DNA of 64,000 nucleotides from Scenedesmus sp. PABB004 (Eukaryota): NCBI GenBank assembly GCA_014905635.1, contig JABVCE010000013.1, positions 1,054,001 to 1,118,000 of the forward strand, read 5' to 3'. Shown piece by piece: positions 53,467 to 64,000 of this stretch (position 1 is its first letter; each line of letters starts with the position of its first letter). The notes under the pieces were generated by a model. It saw only the letters and a program-made list of their open reading frames with translations, ran no database searches and was not told where the DNA came from. The position numbers and the translations under genes were made by a program.

Positions 53467-55857
53467 CGCCGGGTGCCTTTGTGCTGCATTGCCAGCTGCG
53501 GGGGCACGAGAACTGGGTGCGTGGCGTGGCCTTTGCCCACGTCAGCGAGCCCGCGCCGGGCGGCGGGCGGCGGCGCGCGCTGCTGCTGGCGAGCGCCTCG
53601 CAGGACCGATACGGGCGCATTTGGTGCATCAGCAGCGACGCCACGCGCGCGAGCGCGGCGGAGCCCGGCGCCGGCGGGCAGGCTGAGGAGGCGCTGCGGC
53701 AGCTGATCAGCCGCTACGCCCCGCGCCCGCACCTGAGCGCGGCGGGCGGGACGCTCTGGGTGACGCTGGAGGCGCTGCTGGTGGGGCACGAGGACTGGCT
53801 GCACTCGGCGGCCTGGCGCCCGGTCGGCGGCGCCGACGCGGGCGCGGGCGCGGGCACGGGCGCCACCGCGCCGCCGGAGCGCGGCGCGCTCGCGCTGCTC
53901 ACGGCGAGCCAGGACCGCAGCATGTTGCTCTGGCGCTTCGACGCGCCCAGCGGCCTCTGGCTGAGCGAGGCGGCGCTGGGCGACGCCGGGGCGGCCTGCC
54001 TCGGATTCTACGGCGCCGCGTTTGGCCCCGCCGGCGACCGCCTCGTCGCGCACGGGTTCACCGGCGCGCTGCACCTGTGGGCGCAGGCTGCGGGCGCGGG
54101 GGCGCGCGAGCTGGCGCCCAGCAGCGGCAGCGGCGGCGCGGCCTGGGAGCCGCAGCACGCGCTCGGCGGGCACTGCGGCGCCGTCGTGGACCTCGCCTGG
54201 GGCGGCGACGGCGCGTGCCTGCAGAGCGCCAGCGCGGACCAGACGGCGCGGCTCTTCACCGCCGTGCGGGGGCGCTGGTTTGAGCTGGCGCGCACGCAGG
54301 TGCGCGGCCGCCGGGGCGCCGCTGACGGGCGTGGAGCCGGAGAGCGCCTGCTGGGCGCGCGCGCGCGCGCGCTCACACACGCCCCCACCGCCGCAGGTGC
54401 ACGGTCACGACTTCAGCTGCCTCGCGACCATCCCCGCGCCCGCCGGCGCCGCTGGCGGCGACGGCGACGGCGACGGCCGCGCCGGCGGCGGCGGCGGCGG
54501 CGACGACGACGTGCAGCCGGCGCTGATGTATGTGAGCGGCAGCGAGGAGAAGGTGCTGCGCGTGTTTGAGGCCCCGCAGGCGTTCTGCGACACCCTCGTC
54601 GCCATCCGGAGCAGCCAGTCGGGCGAGGCCACAGCCGCCACGTCGGCCGCGCTCGCGCGCGCGGCCGCGGCCGCGGCCGAGGCCGAGGCCGCCGGCGCGG
54701 GCGCCGGGGCGGCAGCGTCCGCCGCGGGGCCGCGCGGGCGCGCGATCGGCGCGTCCGTGGCGGCGCTCGGCCTGAGCAACAAGGCGCTGTACGCCGACGA
54801 CGCCGCCGACGCTGGCGGCGAGCGCGCGCGTGGCCGCGGCGGCGCCGCGCTGTGCGGGGCGGAGGCCTACAACGAGGGCCCCGACCTCGTGCCCTGCGCG
54901 GCCCCCGCGGTCGTGACCGCGCCGCCGCTGGAGGAGCACCTCGCGCAGAACACGCTGTGGCCCGAGGCACGGAAGCTGTACGGCCACGGCAACGACGTCG
55001 CCGCCGTCGCGGCGTCGCCGTGCGGCCGCCTGCTCGCGTCGGCGTGCCGCGCGCAGAGCGCGGCCGCGGCGGCGGTGTGGGTGTGGGAGGTCGGCAGCTG
55101 GCGGCCCGCCGCGACGCTCGGCGGCCACGCACTCACCGTGACGGCGCTCGAGTTCTCGCCAGACGGCCGGCACCTGCTGTCGGGCTCACGCGACCGCTCG
55201 TTCAGCCTCTGGCGGGTGCCCCCCGGCGCGCTCGCCGCGGCGGCGCCGGACGGCGGCGGCTTTGAGCTCGTGGCGCGGCACAAGGCGGCGCACGCCCGCA
55301 TCATCTGGGCTGTGAGCTGGGCGGCCGACAGCAGGTACGGGGGGGGGGGGGGGCAGCGGGGAGCGCGCCCGCCTCCGCGACACCATGGGTGTCGCCGCGC
55401 CGACCTCGCCGCCCCCCCCCCCACCGCGCCCGCCAGGCTGTTTGCGACCGGCTCGCGCGACCAAACCGTCAAGCTGTGGCGGCTGAGCGACGCCGGCGCG
55501 CCGCCGGCGCTCGCGGGCACGCTGCCGCCGTTCCCCGCGGCCGTGACGGCGCTCGCGCTCGCGCCCGCGCACGCGGCCGCCGCGGCCGGCGGCGCGCTGC
55601 TCGCGGTGGGGCTCGAGGACGGCGCCGTGCAGGTGTGGCGCCTCGCGGACGCCGCCGGCGCCGGCGGCGGCGGCGGCGCGCCGGCCGCGTCGTGCGCGTG
55701 GGCGGCGGCCGCGGGCGAGCGGCACGCGGCGTGCGTGACGCGGCTGCGCTGGGCGCCGCCGGGCGTGGCGCGGCTCGCGGGCGCGCGCGGCGCCGCGCAG
55801 CTCGCCTCGGCCGGCGAGGACCACTCGGTGCGCCTGTTCGGCCTTGACTTTGGCTGA
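52593..55857 (+). CDS. ELP2: Elongator complex protein 2 (WD40 repeats)
   Basis: FVAAGVNRIVGALDWG; LRGHENWVR; LEALLVGHEDWLHS; ELARTQ|VHGHD; YVSGSEEKVLRVFEAP; PLEEHLAQNTLWPEARKLYGHGNDV. Confidence 0.96.
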
Positions 55858-56061
55858 GCCGCAGCGGCGGCGGTGCAACGACGATGAGCGGACGGTGAAG
55901 CCTGCTGCGCCGCCGCCGCCGCCAGCGCCCCTGCCGCCCCCCCCCCCCCAGCCGCGCCACAAGCTCACCCGGGGGAAGGGGGCAGCGCCGCCGGGGACAC
56001 AGCTTGCAGGGCATCGAAAGGTCCCTACCGGCTCGCTCGCATCGCCACACACGCCTCGGGC

Positions 56062-58281
56062 ATGGCTGCCCTCGCCGCACTGACGCTGCGGGCGGTGGCT
56101 TGGGCGGGCTGGGCGCTGCTCTGGCTGGCCTGGTCGGCGTTTGGCTCAGGCTCAGGGCGGCCGGGCGGCCTCCTCGCCATCGCGGCCCACGCCTGCGCCT
56201 TCCTGCTGCCCGCCCTGGTGCTCATGGCCACCGCCCACCGCCCTCCTCGGCCGTCGGGGGGTGCGGGCCCCGGCGCGCAGGCGGCGCCGGCGGCCGGCAC
56301 GGCCGGCGGCGGCGCGCGGGCAACAGCAGCGGGCGGCGCCGGCGCCGGCGCCGCGCCGCGGAGCAGCGGCGGCCGCCGCGCCCGCGGCCCGCAGCGGGGC
56401 CTGGCCGCCCCTACAGCACCGCCGGCTCCGTGCTTGGGTGACTGGGGCGCCGCCGCGGCGGCCCCGATCGTGGCCGAGGCGTCGCTGCGGGACTGGCGCC
56501 CGTCGGCGACCGGCGCGGCGCCCGCGCCCGAAGCGGCGCCCGCGGCACAGCCTGCTGCGGCCGTGGCGCGGCCGAGCGAGCAGCGGGCGCCGGGAAAGCA
56601 GCAGGCGGCGGCGGCGGCGCCTGCGCCTGCGCCGGCTGCGCCCGAAGCAGCGGCCGCGGCGCAGCCTGCTGCGGCCGTGGCGCAGCCGGGCGAGCTGCGG
56701 GCGCCTGCAAAGCCCGGCGCCGCCGAGCGGGCAGCGCCGGCAGAGCAGCGGGCAGCGGCGGCGGCGCCTGCGCCCGCCGCGCCTGATGCAGCGCGGGCGG
56801 TGCGGCCTGCTGTGGCCGTGGCGCGGCCAGGCGAGCAGCGGGCGCCAGCAAAGCAGCGGGCGGCGCGCGCGCCTGCGCCCGCCGCGCCTGATGCGGCGCC
56901 GGCGGTGCAGCCGGCGGCGGCCAAGCCCGCTGGCGGCAAGCAGGCGCGGCTGGCGAAGGCCGTGGTGGCGCCCACCGGCGAGCGGGCGCGTCCCATCGTG
57001 CAGTGGCTGGCGGCCAAACCTGCCGCTGCCGCGCCAGGTGCCGAGCCCCTTGCCAGCGAGGTGGCGCGCCCGGCGTTGCAGCAGGCACCCGGCGAGCCCG
57101 CCGCGGCTGCGCCCAGCTGCGCTGCGGCTCCGGCGCCGCAGCCGGCAGGGCCGGCGCTGCAGCAGCCGGTCGCAAAGCCCGGCGTCAGCGAGCGGGCACC
57201 GCCGGTCGAGCAGCAGCCACCGCCGGTTGAGCAGCAGCAGCCACAGCCACAGCAGCAGAAGCCGCAGCAGCAGCAGCTGCTGCCGCGCACGGCGGCCGGC
57301 GCCGCGCCGCCTGTCGAGGAGCTGCGCGCGCCGCAGTCTCGTGCGGAGCAGCCGGTGGAGCTGCAGCCAGGGCCGCTCGACCTGCCGGAGCCGCACACGC
57401 CGCATTTGGCGTTTGGTGCTTTCTCGCAGCGTCCCGCAGCACCGCAGGAGCGGCCGCAGGAGGCGGCGGTGGAGGACGAGGAGGATTACGACGACGACGA
57501 CGACGAGGAGGAGGGGGGGCCGTCGCCGCAGTACGGCTGCAGCCCGCTGTACGGGCACAAGCTCTTCTGGGCGCATGCGCACGACCGGCCGGACGCGCCC
57601 GGCCAGCAGGAGCAGCAGCAGGAGCAGCAGGTTGCAGCCGCGGAGCCGCCGCACACGCCGGGCGGCTGCGGCGCCCCCGCTGGCGCGCGCGCTGCGCTGT
57701 CGCCCGCAGCGCGGCGGCCCAGCCTGGGCGCGCGGTCGGCGACGGGCGGCGGCGGCGCCGCCGCGGCCGTGGCGGCGCGCGCGCGCCCGCTGCCGTCGCC
57801 GGCGGAGAGCCCGCTGGCGCGGCGCGTGACCAACGAGCGTGACGAGCGGGGCTTCCCCAAGTCGCCGGGCCTGGCGGAGCTCCTGCAGCACGAGGCTGCC
57901 GCCGCGCGCGGCGAGGCCGCGGGCCCAGGCGCGCCCGCGCCGTCGGCGGGCGTGCAGCTGCAAGGCACGCCCGCGCCGTGGGCTGGCGTGCAGCTGCGGT
58001 CCGTGTCGCAGCAGCTGGGCGACGAGGCGCTCGCGCTCCGCCGCAGCAGCGGCGACGACGCGCAGCACTCGAGCCCGCCGTGGCTGCCGCTGCTGCTGCC
58101 GCTCCGGCGCGGCAGCGGCTGCACCCCGGCCGTGGGCGTGGCGGAGGGCCTGTCGCCGCGCGGCCTGCGCCCGCTGCGCAGCAGCAGCCTGTCGCGGGGC
58201 AGCAGCTGTGGCGACGGCAGCGGCGGAAGCACGCCCTGCGACGCCGCTACCGCGCCGTCGCCGCTCGGCGGCGCCCGCGGC

Positions 58282-58336
<55 letters not shown>

Positions 58337-58425
58337 TCGCCGCGCCGTTGCCGGGCGTGTGCGGCGGCGCGGCGCTGACGGAGGGCCGCTGGGACGCGCA
58401 GCAGCCGCTCGGGCTGACGCGCTGA
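56062..58425 (+). CDS. Orphan 787 aa protein: two N-terminal hydrophobic segments, Ala/Pro-rich internal repeats, acidic patch, polyQ
   Basis: Single ATG-initiated ORF filling the gap between ELP2 and TilS; no recognisable domain. Confidence 0.6.
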
Positions 58426-59020
58426 GCCCCCCGCGGCGGGCTCAACTGATGGACGACGCGCGCAACAACGCGCCCCCAACGCATCCCTTTCATGTTTGAC
58501 ACAGTCCTTTGAATCAAACGTCGCGCCTCGCCAGGCGGCGGCGACTTTTGACGGCCGACGCTTTTGACGCTTTTGCTTCCGGACTCCCTCGCTGCGCCGT
58601 GAGCGCCTCGGGGGAGCTCCCGCACGCACTGCCGTGCGGCGAGCACGCACCATCGAGTTCCTCGTGTCGGGCGACGAGCGCGGCGATCCCTCGGCAGGGC
58701 GCGCGTGTACACCAGCGCCAGAGTAGGCAGGATGGCGGGGTAGGCAGCAGCAGCTGTGGTCGGCGGGGGCCTTGCTTCGTCATCAGTCGGGACCTGCGCT
58801 TGCCCTGGGCTGAGCGCTGTCGGCGGTGCGGTCTGTTCTGGCGGCGCGCGCTTTTGGCTTCGTAACAAGCCACCGGACGGCCGGTGTGGTTCCTCTGCGT
58901 CGGTCGCCAGCTCAGCGCGTCCAGGCGCTGGCAGTGAACGCGCGCGGCAGCGGCTGGGCGCCGCATCGCCGCCGCTCGGCAGTGGGGGCATCGACCCGTC
59001 GATCGCGCGGGCCTCTCACC

Positions 59021-61045
59021 ATGCTGGGCCCGCGCGCCACCTCCTCGGCCCTTCCGGCGACCGGCAGGGCGCGCCAGCTCGCGCGGGCGCTGGGCGCAGC
59101 AGCGGCGCCGGCTGCCGCCGCCGCTCGCGCGCCTCGCCAGGCGGCCGACGGCACCGGCGCGGCGCACTCACGCGTGCAAAAAGCAGACGGCGAGGCGCTC
59201 CAGCGGACGCAGCGGCAGGCGGCGACGGCTGGCGCGCGGCCGCCCGCGGAGCCGCAGCGGCGGCGGCAGACGTGGACGCCCCTGCACGCGCGGCTCCTGC
59301 GCACGCTGCGGCAGCGGCCGGAGCTGCTGCCGCGCGGAGAGGCAGTGCTGCTGGGCGTGTCGGGAGGCCAGGTGGGCCCGCGGCGGCGCCGGGCAGCCAA
59401 GTGCGCAGCGCGCCGCGCCGATTGCCTGCGCCACGCGCTGCGCCTGCGACGCAGGACTCCATGGCGCTGCTGCGGCTGCTGCACGACCTCAGCACCCAGG
59501 GCCACTGGCCGCTGCAGCTGGCCGTGGCGCACTGCGACCACCGCATGCGCAGCGACGCGGCGGCCAACGCCGCGTTCGTCGCGGCGCAGGCGGCGCGTCT
59601 GGGCGTGCCCTGCCACGAGCGCGTGGCGGGCGCGGCCCTGCGGTCAGAGGTGCGCTCGCCGCCGGGCGCAGCCACCCAGCCAGCAGGCAAGTGAGCCCAC
59701 ATGAGCTCACACACGACCCGCGGCCCCCACAGGCCGCAGCGCGTGAGTGGCGGCACGCGGCGCTGGCGGCCATGGCGTGCGAGGCAGGCGCGTGCCGCGT
59801 CGTGCTGGGACACACCGCGACTGACAGGGCGGAGACGCTGCTGCTGCACCTCGTGCGGTGAGCGGCGGCAAGAACGGCAGCCAGCGGCGGCAGCAGCGGC
59901 GGCCAGCAGCAGCGGCGCGGCTTGCCGGCGGCCGGCGCGCGGCAGCCCGCTGACTACCGCCCCCCCCCCCCCCCCCGCCGCCCCCGCCCCGCCAGCGGCG
60001 CCGGCCCGAGCGGGCTGGGCAGCATGCGCTGGTGCCGCCCCGTGGCGGGCGCAAGCGGGGTGCAGCTGGTGCGGCCGCTGCTGGAGCTGGAGCGCGGCGA
60101 CACCGCGCGCCTCTGCCAGCTCACTGGCACGCCGGTGAGCGCGCTGCGACCGCCGCCCGCGGCGCGGCGGCGCCGTGTCGCTGCTGCGCCTCGCGCGCCG
60201 CGCCCTGCCCCTGGTGCGGCGCCACGCTGGGTGCTGTCGCCGCGTGCGGACGGCGCCCGCATGCCGTGCCGCGGCCGCAGGTGTGGGAGGACAGCAGCAA
60301 CGCCGAGCTGCGCCTCGCGCGCAACCGGCTGCGCCTGGCGGTGCTGCCGGAGCTGCTCGAGGTCAACGCCGCCGCGGTGGCCCACATGGCGCAGGCGAGC
60401 GAGCTGCTGGCGGCCGAGGGCGCGCTGCTGGACGACCTGGCCGACGGCGCGCTGCGCCAGGCGCTCGTGCGGTTTGCGCTCGCGCCCGCGGCCGGCCGCA
60501 GGGGCCGGCGGCGGCGCCAGCGGCCGCAGGAGGAGGGGCAGCGGGTGCAGCAGGCCCAGGCGCAGGGCGCCGAGCTCGCCCCGGGCGGATGCGGCGGCGG
60601 CCGTGCGCGCCTCGCGGCGGCGGGCCAGGCGCTGTGCGTGTCTGCGCTGCGCAGCGCGCCGCGCCCGCTGCGCCTCCGCGCCGTGCGCCGTTGGCTGCAG
60701 CGCCAGCTGCCGACGGCGGTCGGCCACGCCGCGGTGCAGGAGGCGCTCGCGCTGGCCGAGCCCGGCGCGGCTGCCGGCGCCGCTGCCGCGGCCGGCTCGT
60801 CGCTGTGCGGGGGCAGGTGCGTCGTGCGGCAGGGGGCGCTGCTCGCGCTGCTGGACCGCGACGCGGCGCGGCGGCTCGCGGCCGGCGAGCTGGCGCTGCG
60901 GCCGTTGCCGCCGGCGGGTCGCAGCGAGGAGGACGGGGAGGGGGAGGGGGTGGTGGCCGGAGGAGGGGAGCAGCGGCAGCTGGCCGCCGCGCGGTCTGCG
61001 CTCGAGTCCGCGTTTGCCGGCGGCGGCGGCGGCCCTGAGTGCTGA
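59021..61045 (+). CDS. tilS: tRNA(Ile)-lysidine synthase, nuclear-encoded with N-terminal organellar targeting extension
   Basis: PP-loop GVSGGQ|DSMALL, VAHCDHRMR, AAAREWR, LGHTATDRAETLLLHLVR|GAG, LVRPLL, VWEDSSN...RNRLR. Confidence 0.93.
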
Positions 61046-61311
61046 GGCAGCAGAGAGTGTGTGCCGGGCCCGGGCAGCTGCGACACGCTGCCCGGCTGGG
61101 CGGGGTGAGGGAGGCGGCGCTGCGGCCTGGACGGGCTGGTCGTGACACAAACTCCCTCTGCCCCTCCCGCAGCTCCCGAGCTCTTTAGCCACTCCCGCAG
61201 CGTTGCAAATCACGCTCAGCCAGGCCGCGCACCCGCGCGCACCGAGCTCGAGCTCGCGCGCTGCTCAGCCCGCCGTTTTTTTGCGCAGCCGTCGCGAGCC
61301 ATCGTCACGAC

Positions 61312-63439
61312 ATGAGGGCAGCTCACCTGCTGCTCGCGGTGCTCCTGGCATGTGCAGGCACGCGCGCGCGCCGCGCTGGGAGGCCGGCATCGCGCGCGCC
61401 AAACAGCCCGACGCGGGCTGCGCAGTCCAGCTGCCTCTCCCGCCCTCAGAAACTCCGCCCGCATGCTCCGCCACGCAGGCGCGCTGGCCGCGGCGGCGCA
61501 GGAGGCGGCGCCCGCCGCCGCGGCGCAGCCAACCCCCGCGGCGACGGCCGCTCAGCAGCCCGCGCAGGCAGCGGCGGTGGCGGCGCAGCCGGCGGCAGCG
61601 GCGGCGGAGGTCCAGGCCCCTGCTGAGCAGCCCGTGCCGGCGGTGCCCGCCGCTGAGGTGCCCGCTGCGCAGCCCGCGGCCGAGGCGCCCCCCGCCGAGC
61701 AGCCGGCGGCTGAGAAGCCCGCCGCCGAGCAGCCGGCGGCTGAGAAGCCCGTCATCGAGCAGGCCACGACTGAGGCACCCGCCACCGAGCAGACCGCGGC
61801 CGCCGCACCCGCCGAGGGCACGGCGACGCCGCTGCCCGCGCGCAAGGCGGCGACCTGGCTGCCCTACAAGGACGCCAACGGCGTGTGGCAGCCCGCCGAC
61901 GCGGCGGGCGTGGACTACACCAAGCTCAGCCTCGCAGACCTCCCCAGCCCGGCGGAGTTCATCGAGATCGCCATCACCGCGCCCTTCCCCATGCCAGCCA
62001 TCCCCATGCAGCTGCTCGTGAACAACACCATCGTCGAGCTCGCGGGCGGCAAGGTGCCGCGCAGCGCCATGGACTGGCTCGCGCTGCTCCAGGGCGCCAG
62101 CAAGCACGCCGCGGGTGTGCGCCGCGCGCCGCGCGCCGCACGCCCTGCGCGCGCCCGGCAGCCGCGGCCGGCGCAGCGCACCAGAACCCGCTGACCTGCC
62201 CCCGTGCTCCGCGCCCGCCGCCGCGGCGCCCGCCTCGCCCCGCCAGGCAAGCTGCCCACCTTCCTCGTCAAGTGCGGGGGGGGGGCGCCGCCGCCGCGCG
62301 CTCGCGGCCGCGCAGCCTTAGCCTGTGTCCCCAGCCCCGGCCCTGACGCCCCCCCCCCACCACACACACGCACACCACCACCACCACCGCGACCGCAGGT
62401 TCCTGCCCAACATCACCATCGACGGCACCGAGATCAGCCTCGGCGTCGAGGCGTCCAAGGTCATCAACACGCTCGCCAACGGCACGCTCTCGATCGACCT
62501 GCCGTCGCCCGGCCCCGGCGTCGGCGTCGCCGCGCCGCCGCCGCTGGAGCTCAACCTTACCGAGGGGCTCAACGTCACACTTGACGTGTTCAAGAAGCTC
62601 CCCTCCATGCTCAAGAAGGTGCGCGAGACAGGCCGCCGCAGCCAGGCTGCAATGCAAGGCCGCCCGCAAGCCGCGCTGCGGGGCGCGGCCCGCCCGCGCG
62701 CCGCCGCCCGCCCACCCGCGCTGCCCGCGCGCAGGTCGGCGAGACGCTCAGTAGCGCGCCGAGCCGGCTGCCGCCGCTGGAGGAGGTGGTCGGCGCTGAC
62801 GGCTCCCTCGACGTGAACAAGGTGTGCTTGGGGGACCGCCTGGGGGCTGCCGCCTGGGGGCTGCCGCCGAGGCGCGCGCCGCGTCCGTGCGCAGCCGCTC
62901 AGCCCCGCCGCCCCCGCGCGTGCACCTGGCGTCGCAGCTGCTGAAGCGCACGCTGGACATCGACATCGACGTGCCGTCGCTGCAGCCCCCCAATCTCGCC
63001 AAGATGGCGGCGGACATCAGCGGCGCGCTGCCCGCGGTCGCGGCCAAGCTCGGCGTCGACACCGCCGGCGTCAAGTTTCCCGAGCCGGTGCGGGCCCGCG
63101 CCGGGGAGCACGTGGTGGCACGCGTGCGAGCCGCACGGCTCGCCGCTGCACCCCCGTCGCCGCCGCGGGCTCGGCCAGGCAGCTGGGCGTGGCGCTGGGC
63201 ACGCGTGCCCACTCGCCCCGCTCGCCACCGCGCGGCGCGCGCAGGCCCAGGTCCAGAAGGTGGTGGCCAGCGGCGGCAAGCTCATCACCAAGGACCAGGG
63301 CCGCGTGGACCTGATCGCCACGATGACGGAGCTGCCGCAGAAGCTGCCGACCTTCTCGCAGCGCCTCAGCAAGATTGTGCCGCCGGCGCCGAAGCTCGAG
63401 GACGTCATGCGCCTCGCGGCGCGCATGCTGAACCGCTGA
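61312..63439 (+). CDS. Secreted protein of unknown function: signal peptide, Ala/Pro/Glu-rich repeats (EQPAAEKPAA), downstream globular region with N-glycosylation sequons
   Basis: MRAAHLLLAVLLACA; exons splice in frame to ...KLEDVMRLAARMLNR* (stop 63439); NNT, NIT, NGT, NLT and NVT sequons. Confidence 0.75.
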
Positions 63440-63832
63440 GGGTGTGAGATTTGGCTGCTGTGAGGGTGTTGTGGCTGTTGAGCTGCTGCGAGGGTGCTGG
63501 GAGCCGCCGCGAGGCACACATGACCGACCCGCTGACCAAACTGTGCAATGACCGGCGCCGCCGCCCCGCGCCGTGGCCGCTCCGACAGCGCGCGGCGCCG
63601 CGCATCGAGCTCGAGAGGCGTGCGGTGCGTCCGCGTCCGCCGTGACACGAGTTCCCGGGGTCTCAATCCGCGGGGCGCAGCAGGTCTCGCCCGCTCCGGC
63701 CCAGAGCCCGGCAGGCTAACCCGGCCCGCGCTGCCACACTCCCGTCGTCACGGCAACACAGAGAGCAGTCTCCCCGCGCGTGCGAGCTCACAGGCGCGCG
63801 AGCAGAGGGGCCGCGAGCGAGCGTCTACCGCG

Positions 63833-64000
63833 ATGGCGCGCTCCCACGGCCTCGCGCTGGCCCTGGTGGCCGTGATTTTCCTCGGTGAGCGACGCGCGCT
63901 GACTGTGGCCGCGGCGCGGCGGGCGGCGGTGGCGCGCGGGCGCGGTCCCGCCCCCGCTCCCGCCATCGGCCGCCCGCGCCCGCTCGTTCCGGCGCCTGGC
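63833..64000 (+). CDS. First exon (63833-63884) of a gene running off the window; signal-peptide-like
   Basis: ATG...MARSHGLALALVAVIFL followed by a GTGAG donor. Confidence 0.55.
   Translation, partial: MARSHGLALALVAVIFLGERRALTVAAARRAAVARGRGPAPAPAIGRPRPLVPAPG

Noticed and set aside
52593..61045. ELP2 + TilS as a tRNA wobble-modification cluster
   Set aside because: Different compartments and pathways (cytosolic U34 vs organellar C34); proximity is most likely chance.

Overview
Eukaryotic nuclear DNA from an extremely GC-rich, intron-rich chlorophyte green alga (probably Chlorophyceae/Sphaeropleales; inferred from composition, TGTAA poly(A) signals and gene content). Most six-frame ORFs are GC-driven noise, so I rebuilt genes by splicing exons by eye. 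Gene order: RNase HI (partial), MLO, a ~20.5 kb palindrome, VPS53, purple acid phosphatase, 2Fe-2S ferredoxin, CWC22, ABHD11-like hydrolase, SUVR3-like SET protein, HAUS3/AUG3, OPR-RAP protein, ELP2, an orphan Ala/Pro-repeat membrane protein, TilS, a secreted orphan and the first exon of another gene. The standout structure is the palindrome: two ~8.75 kb inverted arms (5996-14774 and 17788-26517) around a ~3 kb loop carrying an RCCR/ACD2-like gene. Each arm holds a 12-exon secreted EGF + ricin-B lectin + Cys-repeat + PAN/apple-like gene and an intronless ARM-like gene. The arms are near-identical over kilobases, introns included, except for a strongly diverged island over the lectin domain and a second one in the ARM-like gene, whose left copy is frameshifted. 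Ten of the lectin gene's 11 introns are phase 1 at module boundaries. GC-AG introns are unusually frequent in the housekeeping genes.
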